Assembly: GCA_033442325.1 (NCBI GenBank)
Contig: JAWQFM010000013.1
Coordinates: 1,267,065-1,331,064 of the forward strand
Direction of reading: 5' to 3'
Source: Salpingoeca rosetta
Taxonomy: Eukaryota > Protista > Choanoflagellata
Length of the DNA stretch: 64,000 bases
The notes under the pieces are model-generated. The model had not been told where the DNA came from, made no database searches, and saw only the letters and a list, made by a program, of their open reading frames with translations. The first letter of the stretch is position 1; every line of letters begins with the position of its first letter. The translations under genes and the position numbers were made by a program. Positions 13,112 to 25,907 of the stretch are shown one piece after another.

Positions 13112-13539
13112 TCGTGCTGCGTATATCTTCGCTGTGAAACTGTAACACACGTGTGGTTGTCGTGCGGCTGCTTTGGTCAGGCGGCCGATGTGAAGCGGAG
13201 GATGGCGTCCTCAAGTGTGATCGATCCGCGATCGCGACCGCCCGCCAAAACAGCGGCAGTGGAGACGTCGTCAGCCAAGGTGTGTGTGTGTATGTGTGGG
13301 TGTGTGTCTGTGTGTGTGTATGTGTGGGTGTGTGTGTCTGTGTGTGTGATGTGTGTGTGACTTTCTGTCGCCTCACATCAGTACACTGCTGTTCGCTTGA
13401 CACGCAGGCACGAACTTCCAGCCGCTCTCTTCGCCGTTCCCTCATTGGATCTGGGAGCACAACATCGTCGTCGTCATCTTCGTCATCATCGTGTCGGTAC
13501 AACTTGAGGAGCTCTTCTCGCCGCTCCCTCGTGTCCTAA
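11366..13539 (+). CDS. TPX2-like protein: N-terminal Aurora-binding motif plus a disordered basic region with KEN and D-box; 5 exons
   Basis: Exons 11366-11433, 11626-11672, 11897-13029, 13181-13279 and 13408-13539 join with consistent phases. N-terminus MTSNTYEFDAPQWFDLGHSHVYKDEHHDWFRHPHASHE resembles the TPX2 Y.(F/Y)DAP..F.F...D.WF motif. DKENT and RVPLGSASTN lie in exon 3. Confidence 0.65.
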
Positions 13540-13544
13540 AACTC

Positions 13545-13622
<78 letters not shown>

Positions 13623-13902
13623 AAGGTATTTGTCACGGAGGCGTCAGTTCCCGCCTTTTTTTTTTTTTTTTTGCTGATCACTGTTACCCACGTTGGTCAT
13701 CATCGTCTGTCCGTTGTTTCTTCACAACTACAAATCGGACCACAAACAATGTCACACAGCCTGAGCAACACGTCGTTCAATCTCCATATGTACACATGGA
13801 TGAGAGGGGAAAAAGTGGGCGTTTCAACAATGGCCCAGCCACATGCGTTTTTTGCGTGTATGTGTGCATGTGTATGCATGTGTGTATATGTGCACTTGTT
13901 GG

Positions 13903-16900
13903 CTACACCTCGACATCGGAATCTGAGAGATCGGAGTCCTGCTGCATGAGGCAGTGGAGATGCACGCGTGACCGCCGCATGAACGCGTCCACCGCTGCCT
14001 CAATCTCCCTGCAGCACCAGCACCAACATCAGTATCAGCAGAGGTGATGGTGAGAACGGCATGAAATACAGGTTCGCATGCATGTGTCCAACAGCATGGA
14101 ACCACACACATACACACACATCTACAAGTGCAAACACACACATGCGTGCACGTTGAGCATACGCACGCTGAGATGGTGAGGGGTGGCGCCGCTGCTGTTG
14201 GAGAGTGGCGACCAGGCGTTGGCAGCTGGCGGCCTGGTGCGGAGGTGGGTGAGAGGGAGGATGAGAGATGGAGGTTCATGCAGTCAGTTGAACATGCACG
14301 CAGCGATACACGAGTGTATCATAGCAACTACAGCTTGTCACACGCAAACAAACACACAAACAAACACACACACAAACACACACAACCACCTCTGCTGCTG
14401 CTGCTGCCGCCGCCGCTGCTGCTGTTTCGCTTTGCCTTTGCCGCCTTTGACGCCAACACCTTGAGAACACCCGACCAGAGGCTCGTCTCGTTGTCAAACG
14501 CGTGCAGAACACGCTGGAACACAACAACTTCCGCGTGCAGCTGTTGAGTGTTGTTTGGTGGGGTGGGGAGAGGTCCGTGTGTGTGAAACCGAGAAAAACA
14601 TGGCATGCGCAGCACGAGAATGAAAGTCGAAACATCATGTACACAAAAAGCACACACATAAACACACACACACACGCGCGCGCGCGCGCAACAAACAAAC
14701 AACCAAACCTGCGTAATAACGCGGGGAGGGGCGCCGACAACTTGACGCACGGCCTGTAACATGCCCGTACTCAGCTGCTCCGTGATCGCAGCCAGAATGC
14801 GCCCGGTGAACCTGCAGATGCAGGATTGGAGGAATTGAAGGAGGGAATGTGTGTGGATGCATGTGTGTGTGTGTGTGTGTGAACGTGCTGGTGAGCTTGT
14901 GAGCCTAATACACGCCTCTTGCTCATGTCCATGCACATCAACGCACACATGCGTGCGTACACGTGCCACCACGTACCCTTTTGCCGTGTTTGTGATTTCG
15001 TGGTGGAGAAGAACGAGGTCGAAGAGAATCAGCATCACATACGGCCGAATCGCTGCAAGAAATTGAAACAACAGAGGAGATGAACGCACGCGGGGGAGCG
15101 ACGTGATTGGAATGGTCAAGGACAAAATAGACACTTGAAGCGGTAGATGACAGGCTGTCCGCACACATGGCACAAGCAACAAGATGCCAGGAAAGCGGAT
15201 TGCGTGAGGCAAACACACAGGCAGACACATGTGCGTGTGTGCTGGCGTACAAAGTGTGGCCGGAAGACTCTTGAGGCCGGCTGCTGCGTTGTGACGGAGC
15301 TGGCAACACGGCGGCAGCAGTGGTGGTGGTGGATGTGGCGGCGGCGGTGGCGGTGAATGATGTGAGAATGATGGCAGTGACCGCCATCCATCACACACAA
15401 GGGACTGCATGGATGCATGCACACACATTTACAGACATGCACACACGTACAAACAAGAACACGCAAACGCACACACACACGCACACACACAGCGACGCGC
15501 CACCTAGATATCCCCATTGGTAGATGACAGGCTGTCCGCACACATGGCACAAGCAACAAGATGCCAGGAAAGCGGATTGCGTGAGGCAAACACACAGGCA
15601 GACACATGTGCGTGTGTGCTGGCGTACAAAGTGTGGCCGGAAGACTCTTGAGGCCGGCTGCTGCGTTGTGACGGAGCTGGCAACACGGCGGCAGCAGTGG
15701 TGGTGGTGGATGTGGCGGCGGCGGTGGCGGTGAATGATGTGAGAATGATGGCAGTGACCGCCATCCATCACACACAAGGGACTGCATGGATGCATGCACA
15801 CACATTTACAGACATGCACACACGTACAAACAAGAACACGCAAACGCACACACACACGCACACACACACGCACACACGCAAGCCTGTCGCCTCACGATAG
15901 TGACGAAGGACTGGGCCTGCACATCTACCAACTTGTCCATGAGTCTGCGCTGAAGCTCAGAGTATTTCTCCAGCGTCGCCTACACCGCAAACATGACACA
16001 GGATTAGAGGCCATGTTAGCAGTGATACGGAGAGAGTTGGAATCCCAGACGATCACACACAATCACACACAATCACACACACACACACAATCACACACAA
16101 TCACGCACAATCACAATCACAATCACAATCACGCACGTCAAAGAGATCGCTGAGATCCACGCGCAGTTCGTCCAGGTCGGCGGTGAGGGTGCCGGCAACA
16201 ACATCGCGGGTGTAGAACGTGTTGCTGATGATGCACAGCAGGCGGTGCTGCAGCGTGTGTATGCGTCGTGTCGTCTCATCAACGCCACTCGACACAGATC
16301 CACGATCCTCATCCAGCCCGCTCATCCTGATCAGGGGTGATGTGAGTAATGTGAGTTGAGAGCGCAGGACCGAACACTCGATGGGAATGCACACGCTGGC
16401 GTTCGCTCTCAAGCACAACAGGAGCCTAAGCCCATGTCTCCCCTCATCCACCGCTGGCCCCACACCAGCCGCGACCACCACCACAAACACCACAGCAAAC
16501 ACCATCACATCACCACCACACTCAACGCACGATTGTGAGCGCGATGTGTGTGCAGGAACAGGCGCCATTGCCAGCTGCTCCAACACATCTGCAAACGACG
16601 AGAACGTCGACGACAGCAGCGCTTCCACGTTCACTTGGTCCTGGAGTGCAGGCATGGTGTGACGTGGTGGAGTGGGGGTGAGTCACAAAAGCGGCGTTGG
16701 TTCAAAATCAGATGCGATCGATGCATGGGAAGAGCTTGAGTGGACAACGATGGGGTGAGATGAGGGCACACGCGAGTGCTGCAACCCCTCCCCCCCACAC
16801 ACACTACACACATACATACATACACACACGTACCAGTGCATCGGCTGTTGCCGTGCTGGCGCTCGCAAACTCTTTTAGCGAGTGTAGCGTGTCTGTAAGA

Positions 16901-17951
16901 ATGTGCAAGAACTTTTCAGGCTGTCGGTCAGTCGTCCCGAATCCATGATTGCATGCAGGCACGCAGGGACAACAATGTTGGGTGTCAGTGGCACGTGAGG
17001 GAGGGGGGAGGAAGCATGACGGTACACGACTCGGCGAGATCGGCAACGCCAGTGACATGTGCAAGGTTTTGGGATTGCAAAGGTTGGCGGGAGGAGCATC
17101 AACTCCGTAGGCACGTATGTGCATGTGTGCACGTGCATGTGCATGTGTGTTTGTATGTGTGCATGTACCAGTGTTGTGCGTGTGCCATCTTCGAGCGGCT
17201 GCCAGTCCTCCTTGTCGCACAGTTGTCGAATCTCTGTTGAACACACGAACACACACGAACACACGTATGTCTGGATGAGCAAGCAACGCTTGCACGAAAA
17301 AAAAAAAACGCATTCTCTCGTCTTCAAGCACAAACACACTAGCATCAGCATGTGCAAATGCACACACACACACAAACAAACACACACATGCACACATGCA
17401 CACATGCACACATGCAAACATACACACACAATCACATATGGATGCACTGCTCACGGCCGCCGCCATCCGCGCCCCTCACCCTTCTCGGCAAGACGGAAGA
17501 CGGTGTGGATGGTGAAGAGGTGGAGCTCCGAGAGCACACCCTCAAACCCGGTGACGCATTCCTCAGGCAACTTCTCTGCCCGCATCACTTTACAGCACCC
17601 GCTGCAACGCGCAATGTCACACACACGCACACACACACACATGCACACACATGCACAAGCGTGTGAGTGTACATTCACGCGTGTGTAGTTGTCTTTTCAC
17701 GTGTGTCGGCGTACGCTCAAAATGTGAAATGCTCAACAGCAGTGCTGATAACTGCCACCACCACCACCACCTGATGCGGGATGCCAATCGCGGGAGGAGG
17801 ATGCGCGCGTTTGCGTGCTCGAGTGATTCGTCGTCCTGCGCGCGAAGAAGATTTTGGCGCAGCAGTGACGTCGCACGAAGCGTCGCCGTCTCCACAAAGT
17901 CCTGGTGGTCGTCGTGGTTGATTAATGTGTGTGTGTGTGTGGGGGGGGGGG

Positions 17952-18035
<84 letters not shown>

Positions 18036-18440
18036 TCCTATGATATTTTTTTCTTTTTTTTACCCTTACTCAGTTCTATCTCAAGTCCATCTTACTTACC
18101 AGGGTTTTATGTTGAGTAGAGGACGTCATTTGGAAGGTAGTATTATCGTTTTTGTGAGTGACGGGTAGCGTGCTCAGCTATATATTGTTCGAGATGTAGA
18201 AGACCGCGGTAGTAGCATCATGCATCCTGGTAAGGTATAGTGCACTATATGCTGATTAGTGACACTTTATGAACGAGTCAGTGGTAGCATTCAGCTCACG
18301 AGCAGTACGAGCTGGGGTCAGGTATCAAGAGCTCGACATGNNNNNNNNNNNNNNNNNNNNNNNNNNNNNNNNNNNNNNNNNNNNNNNNNNNNNNNNNNNN
18401 NNNNNNNNNNNNNNNNNNNNNNNNNNNNNNNNNNNNNNNN

Positions 18441-18496
<56 letters not shown>

Positions 18497-19638
18497 GGGT
18501 GGGTGTGTGTGTGGGTGGGTGTGTGTGTGTGTGAAGTTCACGCATGCGTGACGCGGAGATTGATGCGACAAACATGAGCAAATACCAAAAACTGAAGCAG
18601 CCCCCCCCCCCTCCATCTTGCAGCTCGCGTGCGCTTGTGCGGGAATGAGACCTTAATCTGCTTGCGGCGGACGAGAAGGCGTTGCATATCCATCTGTAAA
18701 TGATCGGACGCATCAAACATCGACTGGTACATCGTCGAGTGCCGACTGATGATCGTGGTGGCGGCGGTCGTGGGTGTGGCGGCGGTCGTGGGTGTGGTGG
18801 TGCATGAAAGATGAGGGATGCAAGAAGCGTCGCCTATCGCACAGCTTGTTCATGCACGCATCGACGCACACACACACACATATATACAAACGCATACACA
18901 TACACACATGCACATTCACGCACCGCTTTCGGCTCGGTGTTGTTGGCTGGCTACCGCTGGCCTCGTCCTCGTCTGATCGAACCACGACACGAGGACGAGA
19001 GGACAATGAGGGAAGATCACACACACATGCAAACACACACGCACGCACGCACGCGCACACGCACACACGCGTAAACAAACACACACACACGCACACGCAC
19101 ACACGCACGCATACACACACGTAAACAAACACACAAACACACACACGTAAACAAACGCACAAACACACACACACACGTAAACAAACACACACACACACAC
19201 ACATGCAACACTACAGACGTACCGAGAGGCGGGTAGCTTGAGTTTGCGAGGCGCCACAGCATTGGGCAAAACTCCATCGCAACCGCACACACATGCTCAG
19301 CAAACAGAATCCGCGGTGGCTGCAGGAGTGATGATGAACGGTTTGTGTAAAACGGAGAGTTCAATCTACAGGCATGGTCGTACAGGTCAAACATCGATAA
19401 GGGTCACAAATGCACAACACACACACACACACTCACGCACGCACACACAAATAGGAGCGTATGTAATGACACCTTATCTGCGTCTTCAATGCGCTGCTTC
19501 GCCTGCAGCAACGTGAGTTGCGTGCGCGTGTCGTGTTCCCGCGTGCTCTCATCTGCATTCGCCGCATCAAGCGAGGACCTGACAACAAGTGGTGTGTCGA
19601 AGGGGGCATACATGAGGGGTGTGTTATGAGAAGCGCAA

Positions 19639-19729
<91 letters not shown>

Positions 19730-21592
19730 NNNNNNNNNNNNNNNNNNNNNNNNNNNNNNNNNNNNNNNNNNNNNNNNNNNNNNNNNNNNNNNNNNNNNNN
19801 NNNNNNNNNNNNNNNNNNNNNNNNNNNNNNNNNNNNNNNNNNNNNNNNNNNNNNNNNNNNNNNNNNNNNNNNNNNNNNNNNNNNNNNNNNNNNNNNNNNN
19901 NNNNNNNNNNNNNNNNNNNNNNNNNNNNNNNNNNNNNNNNNNNNNNNNNNNNNNNNNNNNNNNNNNNNNNNNNNNNNNNNNNNNNNNNNNNNNNNNNNNN
20001 NNNNNNNNNNNNNNNNNNNNNNNNNNNNNNNNNNNNNNNNNNNNNNNNNNNNNNNNNNNNNNNNNNNNNNNNNNNNNNNNNNNNNNNNNNNNNNNNNNNN
20101 NNNNNTGGTGATGATCGTGGTGGTGGTGGTGGTGGTGCCGGAGAGGTAGTGATGGTGGTGGGGATGGTGATGGTGGTGGGGATGGTGATGGTGGTGGGGA
20201 TGGTGATGGTGGTGGGGATGGTGATGGTGGTGGGGATGGTGACAACATTGTGTGAATGGGTGTTGAACATTATGTGAGCATTGTGTGAGCATTGCGTGCA
20301 CAGCAGCAAAGCAGTGGCCGTCTCGACACGCCCTACTTTTCCCTCCAGGACTGCTGTGTCGCTACAACACCTTACCAGTGACGTTGCGTTTGCAAGCTGT
20401 CCCACCAGCCGCTCCATCTCCGACAGAATGAAACTCTGCAGCTGCTGGATCGCGTACCAGCTGATGGTGAGGTGGTGATCGTGATGGTGATGGTGATGGT
20501 GATGATGGTGGTGGGTGAGGACGAGGAAACAGTTGCCAAGCAAACAAACAAACAAAAAACACAAACACAACCCCCCCCCCACACACACACACACACTCAA
20601 ACACAACCAACCAGCCAACCAGCCAACCAGCCAACCAACCAAACAAACAAACACCCGACACGATGCATGCGGCCGCACCCTGGTTCTGATTGGGGATCGA
20701 GGGCGAGGAGGTGGGCTGTGATCTCCTCAATGGCGGTGAGCGGCAGCGGCATTGCTGACAGCCGCCTGTAGAGCGTTGCCTTCACCTCCCCAGCGATTGC
20801 CTCAATCGTCGCCTTCACCTGCAACCGGTGATGGTTGACATGGTGCGGCGGTGCAGTGGTGAGGTTACGAGAGACACTGGAAAGACACGGTGGCTTTGAG
20901 AGCACGCATTACATTCGCACACACACACACACACGCACACGCACACGCACACGCACACGCACACGCACACACACACACACACAATACACTCACACTCTCA
21001 CACACACAATACACGCCACCCCCCCCCCAACACACACACACACATACACGTACAAACAAGTGCACACGTCGCATTACCTGGTGGAAAGCGCTGACGGCGG
21101 GGTCGCTGAAGAGTTTTCTCGCTTTCCCAAGATCAAGAATGACCTGTGCCCACTCCTCCCGTGCAATCGAATCGCGCAGGCTGGCACGACGTCAACGGCC
21201 ATGATGATCGTGGTGGTGGTGGTGGCATGTAGTGGTGTTGTGGAGTGGATGAAGGAGGAGGAAGCATGGTGAGTGGCGGTAACGTGGGAGGCAACAGGCG
21301 GCAGATATCCTGTCACTGCCGATGCAATGGCTGGCTCACGTATCGCCGACGGCGCTCACAAATACACACACGCACACGCACGCACACACGCGCACACATA
21401 AACACACATAAACACACATAAACACCTGCGCGGGAGGTTGAAGAGGAAGCGGTGTGTTGCGAGCACGTGCAGCATGGCTCGGTGCTGGTTCGCCTCCTTC
21501 TGCCGCTCCAGAATTGCATCGTACGTCGCGTGCGTCGTCTCCTCCAACTTGCTGATGCTGTCCGCCATGTGTGTGGGTGTGTGTGCGTGTGT

Positions 21593-21625
<33 letters not shown>

Positions 21626-21976
21626 GGTTGCGTGCTGGGATGAATCTGAAGCACTCAACGCTTGGGCAACATGTGACAACGCAAACGTACACACACACAC
21701 AAATACATTCAAAGGTGCATCCAACACACTGACACGCATGCATGCAAGCCCAGCGCCTGCGCAACTCACCTCTCTGCAAGCTTGCTGGTGATTGAGGCCG
21801 AGTTGAGCGTGCGCTTGTGAAACTTGATGCGGCGATTCGCATTTAGAACGGCATCAAATGCCGACACAAACGTGGACGAGCTCACGTTGATGAGCTGTTT
21901 CAAGTTTCGATCGTGCTCCTCCTCCATCCGCTCCAGATGTCGCAGCCCTGAAACCACAACAGCGGGGAGTCGTGTG

Positions 21977-22050
<74 letters not shown>

Positions 22051-22380
22051 TGTGCGTGTGCGTGTGCGTGCAGCTCTTCACACTTCTTCTCCATCTCACT
22101 TCTTCTCCATCTTCCATGTCACTATTTCTCCACCCCCCTCCCATCTCATTCTCATCTGCCTCTCCCCTCCACGATGACACACACGTACACACGATGGCAC
22201 ACAGCGCTGCACCTCGTTCGAGCTCGTTGCGGGTGCAGTCGCGGTAGAGTTTGACGAGACAGAGGGCCGGGCTGAAGTGCTGGTCGGAGAGCACGTGCGA
22301 TCCGCCCTCCTGCTCCTCAAGCGCCTGCACCCGCTGGTAGGCAGCAGGGAGATGACGGTGCGTGTGTGTGTGCGTGTGTG

Positions 22381-22413
<33 letters not shown>

Positions 22414-23091
22414 TGTGTATGTGTGTGTGTGTGTGTGCGTGTGTGTGTGTGTGTGCGTGTTTGTGAGCGTGTGTGAGCGTGTGGGGGGCATTGAGGGAAA
22501 TGGTTTGAGGGAAACAACAGGCAAATCAACGTCGCAAACGAGTGGAGCGCAGCATGACTCACACTCACACACACTCACACTGCAACGTTCGCTCCTTCAG
22601 TCATCAACCAACAACAATCACGACGAGCCAGCACCACCACCACCACCATCAGTAGCAAAGGTACCGATTTGATTTCGCCGCGAAGGGGTTTGCGCGTGTC
22701 CTCGAGCTGGAGATTGAGCGGATCGCGGTCAATGCTGCTTGCCGGTGCCAGCCGCAGCCCAAACGTGTCATCCAGCACCTCCTCCTTCCACACGCGGCTC
22801 TCCGTCAGCATGCCTGTGCGCGCGTTGGCGGTGGCGCAGTGGCAATTGGCGTGTTGCGCAAGGAGGAGCCAGACGAGCGGCAAGGAAAGAAGACATGACG
22901 TGAGACCATGTGGTGTAGGGGCGTATTCGGATCGTGAAGTGGTCACACGACAGAAACATGCGGACACAGTCAGGTGGGTTGTTACTTGCACGGACGTCAA
23001 AACGTTGTTGTGGGGAGACAGCGTCACGTTCGGACAGTGCGTACACACACATCACACACACACACGCACCACACACCACAAATCACACATC

Positions 23092-23159
<68 letters not shown>

Positions 23160-23552
23160 CGCACGCACCTATGGTGGGCGGATCCTCGTCGTCATCAGAT
23201 TCGACTTGCTCAAAGACAAAAGTCACGTGCGACACGCCCCTGCCTGCCGTTGTTGTGACCACGACGGGGCCTGAAGGCTGCGAGCACGGCGCAGTGAAAC
23301 ACTGCAGCTTTGAGGATGAAAAGTACCTCAATGAGCTCCTCACAGAGACGCCTCCAATTGTAACATCTGCAAGGAAAGTGGCATTGCCAGGACCCACACG
23401 CATCATGGGAGGCAGCGCTTAGGGTGAGTGAAGGGGCAACTCCGCCCATGATGGGATCAGCAAGTGCAGATAACAAGAGACAGAGAGAGAAAGAGAGAGA
23501 CAGATAGAACGAGAGGCAGACACACAGAAAGAAAGACAGACACACAGAAAGT

Positions 23553-23644
<92 letters not shown>

Positions 23645-23957
23645 TCGTTGTACCGAGAATGTCTTCCTCAGAGTCGCCAAGGTCGGATCCTCGAATCGTC
23701 ACCAGGGTTCCGCCCGTCTTCCAAAGCCCACAAGCAGAGGAAGGCGTGAAAGTCGTGTGTTGGGGCGGGAGTGAGTGAGTGAGCGAGCGAGCGAGTGAGT
23801 GAGTGAGTGAGTGAGTGAGTGAGCGAGCAAGTGGGGAAGGGGGATGTAACAGCGACAGTGAAAAGCGACAGCACAGACACACACACAGACACACACACAC
23901 AGACACACACACACACAGACACACACACACACAGACACACACACACACACACACACA

Positions 23958-24053
<96 letters not shown>

Positions 24054-24115
24054 CCGCGTCTCACCGATGGGCCAATGCTGGGTCGCAGCCCAGTCACCTG
24101 CGCCACCTCCGCCAT
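13903..24115 (-). CDS. EXOC2: Exocyst complex component 2 (Sec5): N-terminal IPT/TIG domain plus helical Sec5 domain; many exons, spans two assembly gaps
   Basis: QVTGLRPSIGPS/GGTLVTIRGSDLG (IPT domain), LSDQHFSPALCLVKLY, NLKQLINVSSSTFVSAFDAV, LHVLATHRFLFNLP, IRPYVMLILFDLVLLHHEI and the final exon IEAAVDAFMRRSRVHLHCL are collinear with the metazoan Sec5 sequence as recalled. Confidence 0.92.
15142..15867. repeat. Tandem duplication (period 377 bp) containing a 49-nt EXOC2 exon
   Basis: 15142-15490 and 15519-15867 appear identical and are separated by a 28-nt unique junction (15491-15518). The ORF track shows identical peptides offset by 377. Confidence 0.92.
18341..18440. other. Assembly gap (100 N)
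   Basis: Run of n. Confidence 0.99.
19730..20105. other. Assembly gap (N run); may hide EXOC2 exon(s)
   Basis: Run of n flanked by microsatellites. Confidence 0.99.
20147..20240. repeat. 18-bp minisatellite (ggtgatggtggtggggat) in an EXOC2 intron
   Basis: About five tandem units visible. Confidence 0.8.
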
Positions 24116-24156
24116 CTTTCGCCGTTTCCGCACACACACACAAGCAGAAGAAAAAG

Positions 24157-24174
24157 GGAAATGAATTCATTTCC
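24157..24174. promoter_or_regulatory. Perfect 18-bp palindrome in the EXOC2/sulfotransferase bidirectional promoter
   Basis: GGAAATGAATTCATTTCC is its own reverse complement and sits near the middle of the 92-bp gap between divergent ATGs (24115 and 24208). Confidence 0.55.
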
Positions 24175-24207
24175 TCCACCAGCGAAACGGTCGTCAGAGC
24201 GGCGAAG

Positions 24208-25500
24208 ATGAGAACGGCTGGTGTGGTGGTGGTGGCTGTGGTGGTGGTTGTGGTGGCAGTGGAATGTGCTGCTGTTGGGAGTGACGGTAACCATGGCGTA
24301 CACGGTGTGCCACGAAAGGTGGAAGGGTTGAGAGGCGGCAGTCAGCACCACGAAAGGGGCTCTGAACCGCAAGCGCAAGGAGAACAAGAAAGGAAGCAAG
24401 GCTACGACGCCGCACAGCACTTGAGACCACGCAGGCATTTGATGCAGACACAGGAACCATCTCAAGCCGAGGCCCTGAATGCCGATGATGGTGGTGGTGG
24501 CGATGCTGCTGCTCGCCATCACAACCACCATTTCACCAGCAACAGCGAATCCGATACGGACAGCAATGGCAACGGCGAGGACGCTGCCAGCACGGACGAG
24601 CAGGCAGATGAGGAGGCACGGGAGTGCCGGCACGTTGGACGGCGATATGTCACACCGGAGGACCGGGCGCGGCTGCCACACGCCAAGCCGCCCCTGCTGC
24701 TGACGCTGCCGGGCAGCGGAAACACGTGGTTCCGTATGCTGTTGGAGTATGGAACAGGCTTCTTCTCCAGCAGCGTGTACAACGACTTCAAGCTCAAGGA
24801 GGTGATGCCCGGTGAGCTGCGCTGCGACAACACAACCATCGTCGTCAAGTCCCACATGCACTTGGGGTCGTACGACCCGGAGGTCTACAACAAGCTGTTC
24901 AAGATGCAGCCAGGGGAGCTTGCGCACGGCTACCCGTGTCGCGAGCTCCGCCCCTTTGACAGCGTGATTGGCATCATCCGAGACCCCTTTCACGCCGCGC
25001 TGGCGGAGGCAACCCGGCAGCTGACCGGTGGCCACGCATCGGGTATATCCCGATCACGGTTCCACAACATGCCGCAGTCTGACATTGCGCGGCGCCTGGT
25101 CACCCAGTGCGAGATGTGGGCCCACTACATGAAGGAGTACCAGCGGCTGCTGCGCGACGGGTTTGTGGTGGCGCGCAACTTCATCCTCATCCGCTTTGAA
25201 GACATGACGTCGCCATTGCTGAAGCACGACACGCTGGGCCGCCTCCTCCGCTTCGTGCTCGGGCCAGACATGGAGTCACCGCTCGGGCCTCTCACCAAAC
25301 CCACGCTCGACTGCATCTTCAGCCTTGCGGACGACGTGCACGTGCACCGCACACACGGCCCGGACGTGGTGAGCGCGGAGGAGGTGCTTACGCCAGAGAT
25401 TGTATGCAAGATGTGGGCGGTGGTCAGGCAGTTTGCCGCCGCCTTTGACTACAGGCCACCCTTTGGCATCACATGCGACAACGCCGGAGAACCCGCGTGA
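24208..25500 (+). CDS. Intronless secreted/Golgi PAPS-dependent sulfotransferase of the WSCD1/2 (sialate O-sulfotransferase-like) type, without WSC domains
   Basis: Hydrophobic N-terminus MRTAGVVVVAVVVVVVAVECAA. 5'-PSB loop LTLPGSGNTWFRMLLEYGTGFFSSSVYND, then IVVKSH, 3'-PB motif FDSVIGIIRDPFHAALAE, and ILIRFEDM. Confidence 0.85.
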   Translation: MRTAGVVVVAVVVVVVAVECAAVGSDGNHGVHGVPRKVEGLRGGSQHHERGSEPQAQGEQERKQGYDAAQHLRPRRHLMQTQEPSQAEALNADDGGGGDAAARHHNHHFTSNSESDTDSNGNGEDAASTDEQADEEARECRHVGRRYVTPEDRARLPHAKPPLLLTLPGSGNTWFRMLLEYGTGFFSSSVYNDFKLKEVMPGELRCDNTTIVVKSHMHLGSYDPEVYNKLFKMQPGELAHGYPCRELRPFDSVIGIIRDPFHAALAEATRQLTGGHASGISRSRFHNMPQSDIARRLVTQCEMWAHYMKEYQRLLRDGFVVARNFILIRFEDMTSPLLKHDTLGRLLRFVLGPDMESPLGPLTKPTLDCIFSLADDVHVHRTHGPDVVSAEEVLTPEIVCKMWAVVRQFAAAFDYRPPFGITCDNAGEPA

Positions 25501-25820
25501 TGTGCGAGGGCCCATTTTGCCATCCTGCCCGTCTTGCCATCTTGGCACTTGGGCCTACCATCACATTTTCAGTGCTGGCTCGCATTTTCAGTGCTGCCGT
25601 GATCGTCATCGAGACTGCAGCAACACGGGGCGCTGTATTGCATCACCAGTGGCCACTAGCGACGGCACCAACAACAGCACGCGCAGTCTGTGCGCACAAT
25701 TGACCCGTGCAGCACCACGACAGTGGCGCAGGAGAGGGAGGCTTTTGACGTGAGAGGCGAGGGAGGTGGATGGGCGATGATAGACAGGCACGGTGACACC
25801 ACAACCAACCAACTTGAGTG

Positions 25821-25907
<87 letters not shown>

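Noticed and set aside
18034-18340. Compositionally foreign, AT-richer stretch in an EXOC2 intron (possible insertion or ncRNA)
   Set aside because: It lies between a long (GT)n and an N gap with no ORF, terminal repeats or RNA motif; most likely low-quality read-end sequence.
24094-25035. 313-aa minus-strand ORF
   Set aside because: Antisense to the sulfotransferase, which carries the conserved motifs.
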